64,000 nt of DNA. Origin: an uncultured Eubacteriales bacterium (GTDB lineage Bacteria > Bacillota > Clostridia > Christensenellales > Borkfalkiaceae). Under the pieces are notes generated by a model, which saw only the letters and a program-made list of their open reading frames with translations, searched no databases and was not told where the DNA came from. Position 1 is the stretch's first letter. Each line of letters opens with the position of its first letter. Positions 1-7,192 of this stretch are shown here, one piece after another. The stretch is taken from the NCBI GenBank assembly GCA_905207235.1, contig CAJLKN010000001.1:31302-95301 (forward strand), read 5' to 3'. The position numbers and the translations under genes were made by a program.

Positions 1-436
1 AAAGAGCGCCTATTATAAAGAGCCCGGTATTTACGACAGGGGCTACCGCAGAAGCGACAAAAACGGCAACATACTTATTTTTTACCGAAATAAGTTTATA
101 CAAAAGACCGGAAACCGCACCTGCCGCAGTACCTTTTATAAGGCAAAGAAAGGAAGTAATAACGGGATGCGCGCTGAAAAGCAATGCCGTAAACGGATCA
201 GCACCCGTTACTCCGTACATAAGAACGATGAAGCCGAACGCAAAACCTAAAATTGCGCCCGCGCCAATTCCGAGAAGAACGCCGCCGAGTACAATCGGCA
301 CGAGCACGAAACTTAAACTCGTTGCACCGATTTTGATAGAACCGCCCCAAACCTGCAAAACGATTACAAGGGCGAGAAGCACTGCAAGATAAGTAACATT
401 CTTGGCAGTAAAGTAAGACTTTTTAGCCTTTTCCAT
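1..436 (-). CDS. ECF transporter S component (substrate unknown), 5' part of gene; runs off window start
   Basis: Minus-strand translation from the ATG at 436 is a highly hydrophobic multi-TM protein typical of ECF S components (MEKAKKSYFTAKNVTYLAVLLALVIVLQ...). GGAGG lies 6 nt upstream of the ATG. The ORF is absent from the ORF track because it is truncated by the window edge. Confidence 0.5.
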   Translation of the reverse strand, partial: MEKAKKSYFTAKNVTYLAVLLALVIVLQVWGGSIKIGATSLSFVLVPIVLGGVLLGIGAGAILGFAFGFIVLMYGVTGADPFTALLFSAHPVITSFLCLIKGTAAGAVSGLLYKLISVKNKYVAVFVASAVAPVVNTGLFIIGAL

Positions 437-703
437 AAGAACCTCCATCGGATTTCACAATGAATATCCGTAGAAAAAAATATATTATACTTATATACGG
501 TCGGATTTTATAAGAATATCCGCCGAAAGTATTCCCAAAAATTTATACCTGTAAATTATATCATTCAAAAATCTATATGGCAAGCGATTGAACGGCGCAG
601 TAACATTTTTTAGACAAAACAAATATTATTAAGTATAGAGAAAACTGCAAGGCACACCAATTTTGTACATATCGCCTTGCAGAGCATTCACAGGAGGAAA
701 TAT

Positions 704-922
704 ATGAATATTTTTTCGCAGTTTGGCGGCTGCAACAGCTGCCTTTGGATACTCATTCTGTTGCTCATAGCGGCGAGCTGTGCAGATAACGGCCTTGAAA
801 GCGTGCTTTCCGGCAGTTGCACACCCATACTTATCGCACTGATTTACACTATGTGGAAAAACGGTACGCTGAGTAATCTTTTCTGCGGTAACGGCTGCGG
901 TTGCGGCTGCAACTGTAACTGA
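704..922 (+). CDS. small Cys/Gly-rich membrane protein, YjcZ-like (tiny-TM sporulation-protein family) candidate
   Basis: AGGAGG lies 6 nt upstream of ATG 704. The 72-aa product MNIFSQFGGCNSCLWILILLLIAASC...FCGNGCGCGCNCN has two hydrophobic helices bracketed by GC/CN repeats. A strong hairpin terminator follows immediately. Confidence 0.45.
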   Translation: MNIFSQFGGCNSCLWILILLLIAASCADNGLESVLSGSCTPILIALIYTMWKNGTLSNLFCGNGCGCGCNCN

Positions 923-961
923 AAAAAAGCGGGCTGCATTCGCAGCCCGCTTAAATTTTTT
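922..961. terminator. bidirectional rho-independent terminator (GCGGGCTGC-attc-GCAGCCCGC) flanked by an A-run and a T-run
   Basis: Perfect 9-bp GC stem with A7 upstream and T6 downstream. It sits between convergent genes. Confidence 0.7.
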
Positions 962-962
962 A

Positions 963-1508
963 TTAATTGATATCCCCAGAAGCGCGCATTTCCTTATACC
1001 TGTAATACGCAACGACAGTCTTTGCGTCCTTAATTTCTCCCCGTCTTATCATTTGCCCGACTTTATCCTCTGGGACAAATTCGACATCGAGAAATTCGCC
1101 GTCGTCGAGCTTCTGAGCAATGTACTCGGCATCGGGAACATAAAAAATGCTTATTATTTCATCCGTGTAACCCGGCGTGGGATAAATGTCGGCGAGTCGG
1201 ATAATTTTTTTCGCCCTGTACCCCGTCTCTTCTTCCAGCTCTCTTGCAGCGGAGACTTCCGCCTGTTCGCCGTCGTTGAGCTTGCCTGCGGGAATTTCAT
1301 ACATTTCTTCCCCGTAAATATAACGGAATTGCCTGACCAGCGCAATTTTCCCCTCTTTCACAAAGAGGACAGCCACGCCGCCGCTGTGCCTTACGCACTC
1401 GCGCCGAGCATGCCTTCCGTCGGGCAAAATAACTTCATCGACGTCAACTTTGAATATTTTGCCTTCAAAAATGCGGCGTGAAGTCAATTTTTCTTCTTTT
1501 AAATTCAT
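963..1508 (-). CDS. nudF: NUDIX hydrolase, ADP-ribose pyrophosphatase-like
   Basis: Nudix box GKLNDGEQAEVSAARELEEETGY. The 181-aa length is typical of this family. Confidence 0.75.
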   Translation of the reverse strand: MNLKEEKLTSRRIFEGKIFKVDVDEVILPDGRHARRECVRHSGGVAVLFVKEGKIALVRQFRYIYGEEMYEIPAGKLNDGEQAEVSAARELEEETGYRAKKIIRLADIYPTPGYTDEIISIFYVPDAEYIAQKLDDGEFLDVEFVPEDKVGQMIRRGEIKDAKTVVAYYRYKEMRASGDIN

Positions 1509-2269
1509 ACGGTGGTCTCGTACTGTTCTATGCTTTCAAACAGCGATGCAACTCCCTGGCTGATACTGTTATTATATAATATGTAATAGTTATAGCCACA
1601 GACAAGCGCGTTTGCGAGTTCGAAATCGCCGCTTTTCAACGCCTTAGATATTTCGGAAAGCATTTTATAGCCTGCCTCCTTATCTTCTGCGGGAATAGAA
1701 CTTTCCAAAATAAACTGCTTTTCCTGCGCTATCAGAAGGGAAATTTCCGAAAGTATCTGAGACTTCTGCGGATTGGGCTGCACCTCTTTCTGTTCGGGTT
1801 CGGCAACTTCCTGAGCTGCTACGGGTTCGTCTTCAATCTCTTTTGCGAATACGCCGCGTATGATTTTTTCGAGATTATCTATTACCAGATCGCAGAACGC
1901 GTAATAACTGCCGTAAAAACTGCCGTCGTCGGAAAAATATTTCTGTAAAAACCAGTTGAAATTGATTGTATCCCTGTCAATTTCGACCAAAAGGCAAAAA
2001 ATAAACGCAAGTTTGTCCTGAACGGACTCGGGCAGAATGACGACGCCGCGGTTGTTAAAACCGTCGGAAACGTCCAAAAGACACTGCGCTTTAGCCGTAA
2101 GATAGTCAAATTCAGTGGATACGGAAGTAAACAACTGATACAGCGTGCGGCTGTTGACAATAGACTTGAGAAGGTCTTTTATCTTGGTCGTTGCCATAAT
2201 AAACTTACAATTTTTTACTTCCTCGCACTTACCGAGAAAATCGTTAATCTGAGATCTGACGTCTTCCAT
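1505..2269 (-). CDS. hypothetical protein (two domains with an acidic linker), translationally coupled to the NUDIX gene
   Basis: 254-aa ORF whose stop overlaps the NUDIX start by 4 nt. No motif recognised. Confidence 0.5.
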   Translation of the reverse strand: MEDVRSQINDFLGKCEEVKNCKFIMATTKIKDLLKSIVNSRTLYQLFTSVSTEFDYLTAKAQCLLDVSDGFNNRGVVILPESVQDKLAFIFCLLVEIDRDTINFNWFLQKYFSDDGSFYGSYYAFCDLVIDNLEKIIRGVFAKEIEDEPVAAQEVAEPEQKEVQPNPQKSQILSEISLLIAQEKQFILESSIPAEDKEAGYKMLSEISKALKSGDFELANALVCGYNYYILYNNSISQGVASLFESIEQYETTV

Positions 2270-2344
2270 TTTTCCACCTTGCGTCTGATTTTATACTATT
2301 ATATCACAAAGCTCCGCAAAATAAAATATTTTTAGGCAAATATC

Positions 2345-2373
2345 TTGATTTTAAATTAATAATTATGTATAAT
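2345..2373 (+). promoter_or_regulatory. sigma-A type promoter (TTGATT-17-TATAAT)
   Basis: Consensus hexamers with 17-nt spacing about 45 nt upstream of ATG 2417. Confidence 0.4.
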
Positions 2374-2416
2374 AACAGTACTTGTCTTCGGACAAGCGAT
2401 AAGGTTTTTTAAAGTT

Positions 2417-2941
2417 ATGATTAAATCGGGTGAAACTTCCATTAACAAATTAATAATTCTTTTCGTTTTCGATAAAATGGAAAGCGCCCTTTCGGAGAGA
2501 ACGATTGTGGACATGTGCTCCTCCTCCAACGAATGGATGGGCTACATGGATTGCGTCAACGTAATTCATAAACTTCTCGACGACAATTTTATCTGCATTG
2601 TAAACCAGGACGATGACACGCTTTACACTATAACACCCGACGGACGCGAGACGCTTGCGAATTTTTACATAAATATACCTAAGAGCGTCAGGGAAGAAAT
2701 TTCAATCTTTGTAAAGAAAAACAGCGCAAAATACAGAAACAGACAGGAATGCCGCTCAGACTATTATCAGAACAAAGACGGCACTTATACTGTTTTTTTA
2801 AAGATTTTAGCTCCCGTACAACCCATGCTGGAACTTAAATTCGTAGTTCCCGACAGGAAGACGGCGAACAAAATATACAAAAAATGGGAAGAAAAAGCCG
2901 CAGACGTTTATTCGGTAATTTACGAAAACCTTTGCGACTGA
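2417..2941 (+). CDS. hypothetical protein, DUF4364-like (Clostridia-type)
   Basis: 174-aa ORF behind the predicted promoter. Assignment to DUF4364 is from memory only. Confidence 0.45.
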   Translation: MIKSGETSINKLIILFVFDKMESALSERTIVDMCSSSNEWMGYMDCVNVIHKLLDDNFICIVNQDDDTLYTITPDGRETLANFYINIPKSVREEISIFVKKNSAKYRNRQECRSDYYQNKDGTYTVFLKILAPVQPMLELKFVVPDRKTANKIYKKWEEKAADVYSVIYENLCD

Positions 2942-2984
2942 CATTTTTCAATTGATACAGCTTTAAGCTGTAAGGAGGAAGATT

Positions 2985-3251
2985 ATGTTTACATACCAGA
3001 CCAGGGGCACCTGCTCCAGGCAGATTTATTTCGAAGTTGATGACCAGAACAAACTTCACAACGTAAAATTCGTAGGAGGCTGCGGCGGCAACCTTCAGGG
3101 CATAGGCAGACTTGTCGAAGGAAAAGATATTGACGAAGTTGAAAAACTTTTGGCGGGCGTTCTCTGCCGCAATAACACCTCCTGCCCCGACCAGCTGTCA
3201 AAGGCGATTGCAGAGTACAAACGCGTAAAAGCACAAAATAATCAACAATAA
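2985..3251 (+). CDS. TSCPD-domain protein (TIGR03905-like stand-alone form)
   Basis: Conserved NTSCPDQ motif plus upstream Cys residues in an 88-aa protein. Strong RBS AAGGAGGAAGATT before the ATG. Confidence 0.65.
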   Translation: MFTYQTRGTCSRQIYFEVDDQNKLHNVKFVGGCGGNLQGIGRLVEGKDIDEVEKLLAGVLCRNNTSCPDQLSKAIAEYKRVKAQNNQQ

Positions 3252-3272
3252 ATCAGAAGTTAAAAATATAAT

Positions 3273-3309
3273 AAAAACTACCAACAGATAGATTTGTTGG
3301 TAGTTTTTG
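3273..3309. terminator. rho-independent terminator (AAAAACTACCAACA-loop-TGTTGGTAGTTTTT)
   Basis: Perfect 14-bp inverted repeat including A/T runs, directly after the TSCPD gene. Confidence 0.7.
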
Positions 3310-3373
3310 TTTAATTAATCAATTATTAAGCTAATTATATATGACATAGTACTTTATAAAATTAAAATAATCA

Positions 3374-3781
3374 TTATTTTATAGCTTTATTCAACGCTTT
3401 TGCGAATTCCGACATGTCGCAACCCATCAACTGAAAATAAAAACACCTGCCCTGATACCCTTCTTCGGGAAGATATCTTATAATATTAAAACCAGAAAAA
3501 TCATTGACTACGTTAACCAATAATCGAACAAACGGCATCCCTTCGTCCTGCTGTTTGCTGTTAAACAGCATTTCAAACCAAAGACCCTTGCGCATATTTT
3601 CGACAGTCATAGCGTTTATGCTAACACCGAATGCAGGCATCTGAATTGCATTGTTCGTCATATCCTCCCAAGCGTTCATTATGTCATTGTACGCAGGAGA
3701 ATTCTTTTCGAAGTATGTTTTTTCACCGTCAAGGTATAAGCAGATGCAGTTGCAATTTTTAATAATTTCTTCGAGTTCCAT
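3374..3781 (-). CDS. hypothetical protein
   Basis: 135-aa ORF with no recognised motif. Confidence 0.4.
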   Translation of the reverse strand: MELEEIIKNCNCICLYLDGEKTYFEKNSPAYNDIMNAWEDMTNNAIQMPAFGVSINAMTVENMRKGLWFEMLFNSKQQDEGMPFVRLLVNVVNDFSGFNIIRYLPEEGYQGRCFYFQLMGCDMSEFAKALNKAIK

Positions 3782-3833
3782 ATTATTATTGCGGGCGCTT
3801 TAAGCGCCCGCAAATCCTTCTTTTTTATATATA

Positions 3834-5249
3834 TTATGCTTTTTTTGATGAAATATATTCGTCGATGGCTTTTGCCGCAGTTTTTCCTGCACCCATGGCA
3901 AGGATAACCGTCGCCGCACCGGTAACAGCGTCGCCGCCGGCATAAACTCCCTCTTTGGAAGTTTTACCGTTCTCATCGACAATAATTCCGCCGTGATTAT
4001 TTACTTCAAGTCCGTCAGTAGTGCTCTTTATAAGCGGATTAGGACTAGTTCCTATCGACATTATAACGCAATCGACGGGAATAACGTATTCGCTCCCCGG
4101 GATTTCCACAGGTCTGCGCCTGCCTTTCTCATCGGGCTCGCCCAGTTTGCACTTTATGACCTTTATGCCCGTAACAAATCCGTTTTTGGGGTCGCGCCTG
4201 TCATCGGGATTGCGATAGCCGAGAATTTCAACGGGATTATTGAGTATTTTGAACTCTATGCCCTCTTCCTCGGCGTGTTCAACTTCTTCCTTTCTTGCGG
4301 GAATTTCTTCCATAGAACGACGGTAAACTATGTAAACGTTCTCTGCACCCAAACGCAAAGCTGTGCGCGCAGCGTCCATCGCCACGTTGCCGCCGCCCAC
4401 TACCGCAACATTTTTGGCGTGCATTACGGGAGTATGGCTTTTTTTATTGTACGCTTTCATCAGGTTGCTTCTTGTGAGGAACTCGTTTGCGGAATAGACG
4501 CCTTTGAGGCTTTCGCCAGGAATGCCCATAAACCTGGGCAACCCCGCACCCGAACCGATAAACACGGCTTCAAAACCGTCCTCAAAGAGCTCGTCAACAG
4601 TCAGAGTTTTACCTATAACTACATTCGTCTGTATTTCAACGCCGTATTTTTTTAGCGTTTCGACCTCTTTTTGGACTATCGCCTTGGGAAGTCTGAATTC
4701 GGGTATGCCGTAAACGAGCACGCCGCCCGCTGTATGAAGAGCTTCAAAGACAGTAACTTTGTATCCCTTTTTGGCGAGATCTCCCGCACAGGCAAGCCCC
4801 GAAGGACCAGATCCTATAACAGCCACTTTATGTCCGTTTGAAGGCGGAACCTCTATTTCGCCCTTGAAATTATCATTGTGATAATCTGCGACAAAACGTT
4901 CAAGCCTGCCTATCGCCACGGGTTCAAACTTTATGCCGAGAGTGCATTTGCTTTCGCACTGAGTTTCCTGCGGACAAACTCTGCCGCAAACGGCGGGCAG
5001 GGACGAAGACTGCGCGATAACCTGATATGCCCCTTCAAAGTCTTCGTTCTTTATTTTTGCTATAAACTGCGGAATTGAAATGTTGACGGGGCAACCGTCA
5101 ACGCAGGGATGATTTTTACACTCAAGGCACCTCTTGGCCTCCGCAACTGCAATTTCAGGAGTGTAGCCTAAGGCAACCTCTTCAAAATTTTTCGCTCTGA
5201 CAGAAGGTTCCTGTACGGGCATTTCGTGTTTTTTAGGTTGAATAGCCAT
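3834..5249 (-). CDS. nfnB: NADPH-dependent glutamate synthase small-subunit homologue / NfnB (NADH-dependent reduced ferredoxin:NADP+ oxidoreductase large subunit)
   Basis: N-terminal Fe-S Cys clusters (CLECKNHPCVDGCP, CGRVCPQETQCESKC) and two Rossmann motifs (VIGSGPSG, VVGGGNVAMD). It immediately follows the nfnA-like gene. Confidence 0.75.
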   Translation of the reverse strand: MAIQPKKHEMPVQEPSVRAKNFEEVALGYTPEIAVAEAKRCLECKNHPCVDGCPVNISIPQFIAKIKNEDFEGAYQVIAQSSSLPAVCGRVCPQETQCESKCTLGIKFEPVAIGRLERFVADYHNDNFKGEIEVPPSNGHKVAVIGSGPSGLACAGDLAKKGYKVTVFEALHTAGGVLVYGIPEFRLPKAIVQKEVETLKKYGVEIQTNVVIGKTLTVDELFEDGFEAVFIGSGAGLPRFMGIPGESLKGVYSANEFLTRSNLMKAYNKKSHTPVMHAKNVAVVGGGNVAMDAARTALRLGAENVYIVYRRSMEEIPARKEEVEHAEEEGIEFKILNNPVEILGYRNPDDRRDPKNGFVTGIKVIKCKLGEPDEKGRRRPVEIPGSEYVIPVDCVIMSIGTSPNPLIKSTTDGLEVNNHGGIIVDENGKTSKEGVYAGGDAVTGAATVILAMGAGKTAAKAIDEYISSKKA

Positions 5250-6092
5250 TTATTTTACCTCCTGTCTGAAAAGATTGCAGTTTTCTTCGCGCTCATGCCT
5301 TTCAAAGTCGGAATACATAGAAGAACGCTCCATAGCTTCATCAAAATCAACCTCGAAGCCGTCGAAGTCGGGTCCGTCAACGCAGGCAAACTTCGTCTTG
5401 CCGCCGACGGTAAGGCGGCAACCGCCGCACATGCCCGTACCGTCAATCATAATGGGGTTCATGGAGACGGTTGTCTTTATTCCGAAAGGTTTGGTCGTCG
5501 CAACGACAAATTTCATCATTATAAGCGGACCGATTGTTATAACTTCGTCGTAATTTTCGCCGCTTTCGATAGCTTCTTTCAAAGGAACGGTAACCACGCC
5601 CTGTCTGCCGTAACTGCCGTCATCCGTCATAATCGTAAATTTGTCGGAGCAAGCCCTGAACTCATCTTCTAAAATTACAAGGTCTTTATTCCTGAAACCG
5701 ACTATGGAGTGCACTTCCGCGCCGAGTTCATGGAATTTCTGCGCAACGGGCAAAGCGATTGCACAGCCCACGCCGCCGCCGACGATGCAGACTTTCTTTA
5801 TCCCGTCGGTTTTTGTAGGGCAACCGAGAGGTCCGACAAAATCTTCTATGTAATCGCCTTCATTCTTGGCGTTGAGCGCCATAGTAGTTCCGCCGACGAC
5901 CTGAAAAATTATTTTAACCGTACCCTCTTTTACGTCGCAACCTGCGATAGTGAGGGGAATTCTCTCGCCGTCCTTATCGACGCGGAGAATTATAAACTGC
6001 CCCGCCTGCCCCTTTTTTGCGACGAGCGGCGCACTTATATCCATCATCGTAACCGTGGGATTTAATACGCGTTTTTTTGCAATTTTATACAT
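5250..6092 (-). CDS. nfnA: ferredoxin-NADP+ reductase subunit NfnA (SudB / dihydroorotate dehydrogenase electron-transfer-subunit-like)
   Basis: FAD/NAD-binding fold with C-terminal 2Fe-2S motif MCGGCR. It abuts nfnB with no gap. Confidence 0.7.
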   Translation of the reverse strand: MYKIAKKRVLNPTVTMMDISAPLVAKKGQAGQFIILRVDKDGERIPLTIAGCDVKEGTVKIIFQVVGGTTMALNAKNEGDYIEDFVGPLGCPTKTDGIKKVCIVGGGVGCAIALPVAQKFHELGAEVHSIVGFRNKDLVILEDEFRACSDKFTIMTDDGSYGRQGVVTVPLKEAIESGENYDEVITIGPLIMMKFVVATTKPFGIKTTVSMNPIMIDGTGMCGGCRLTVGGKTKFACVDGPDFDGFEVDFDEAMERSSMYSDFERHEREENCNLFRQEVK

Positions 6093-6098
6093 TTACCA

Positions 6099-6386
6099 TC
6101 AATCTCCCTCAGATTTTATGAGTTTTTTAATGCTCTTTATCAGATAGAGCGGAAAGGGCGCATTATAATCTTCGGTTATGCGTACTTCCCTTATTACTCC
6201 TTCCTGCGTATGATTATGCCTGCCGAGCGGCGCAATAACCCTGTCTCCGGGGCGGGCTCCGTCAAAATCGCAGATATACCAGTACAACATTCCCTCGACG
6301 TTAGGGTCATCGGGAAACTCTACACGCACAAAGCACATTAAGTCATACATACAAATAATTATAAATGTTTTTGTAATAAATTGCAA
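6099..6386 (-). CDS. hypothetical small protein; start codon doubtful (TTG, or an internal ATG without an SD)
   Basis: 95-aa ORF. The first codon is TTG and the internal ATGs lack Shine-Dalgarno sequences. It may be a gene remnant. Confidence 0.3.
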   Translation of the reverse strand: MQFITKTFIIICMYDLMCFVRVEFPDDPNVEGMLYWYICDFDGARPGDRVIAPLGRHNHTQEGVIREVRITEDYNAPFPLYLIKSIKKLIKSEGD

Positions 6387-6388
6387 TA

Positions 6389-6425
6389 AAATAAGACTTG
6401 CTTTTAAGCAAGTCTTATTATTTAA
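6389..6425. terminator. rho-independent terminator (ATAAGACTTGC-tttta-GCAAGTCTTAT)
   Basis: Perfect 11-bp hairpin with a U-rich tail on the minus-strand transcript, directly after the phosphotransferase gene. Confidence 0.65.
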
Positions 6426-6430
6426 ATCAA

Positions 6431-7180
6431 TTATTCATAATCGACGACGTCCGTCCATCTGTGCAAAAATTCTTCTTCGTTCTTTTTCGCCGCGGTAAGC
6501 CTTGAAGCCGCCACGATAGGTATCCATTTCTGTACATACTGTTTCGCCGTATCGCTTTTTTTGCAATAAAGGCTGAGGTATTTTTCCGCCAGCTTTTCCT
6601 TGCCTTCGAGATAGAACAGAAGATAAGACCTTGCAACGTCAGCCGAAGCGTTGCCCTGCGTGGCGTGCGACCAGTCGATTATGTAGGGCGTTCCGTCCGC
6701 AGTTATTATTATATTGCTGGGGTTAAAGTCGCCGTGGCAGAGATTATAATGCTTGGGCAGAGCGTCAAGTCTTGTGTGAAGCTCATATCTTATGCTCGCA
6801 TCCAGATTTGTAGCGCTTATTTTAGCCTGCATTTTGTCTTTGAGCTTGTTGAGCATGGGCACTCTTTTCGAAAGAACGGTGCGCTGCAAATCGACAAACA
6901 TTTCAAGGTATTCATCCTCTTTTTCGGGGTGATCTTTCATCATTTTATCGAGTGTTATGCCCTCGATATAATCCATGACAATCGACCACTTACCGTCCAC
7001 AACCTGAACCGCGTGTATTTTAGGTATGCACAAATCGGTCTCTTCCACGCGCGCCTGATTGAGCGCCTCATTAAGAATGTTTGCTTTTGAATAATCTGCG
7101 TCAAATTCCTTTATGGCGCAATCGCCGTCGCGGTAGAGTTTTTTGCCGGGCATTTCGGCAACCAATATCTTTTCACTCAT
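6431..7180 (-). CDS. phosphotransferase-family protein (APH / choline-kinase-like kinase fold)
   Basis: Brenner motif HGDFNPSNII and the aspartate motif IIDW. Confidence 0.65.
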   Translation of the reverse strand: MSEKILVAEMPGKKLYRDGDCAIKEFDADYSKANILNEALNQARVEETDLCIPKIHAVQVVDGKWSIVMDYIEGITLDKMMKDHPEKEDEYLEMFVDLQRTVLSKRVPMLNKLKDKMQAKISATNLDASIRYELHTRLDALPKHYNLCHGDFNPSNIIITADGTPYIIDWSHATQGNASADVARSYLLFYLEGKEKLAEKYLSLYCKKSDTAKQYVQKWIPIVAASRLTAAKKNEEEFLHRWTDVVDYE

Positions 7181-7192
7181 AAGTTTTCCTCC

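Noticed and set aside
437-700. Possible riboswitch in the leader of the ECF S-component gene (minus strand)
   Set aside because: Only small generic hairpins were found. There was no match to FMN, TPP, cobalamin, THF or preQ1 motifs that I could recognise, and the substrate of the S component is unknown. The region is left uncalled.
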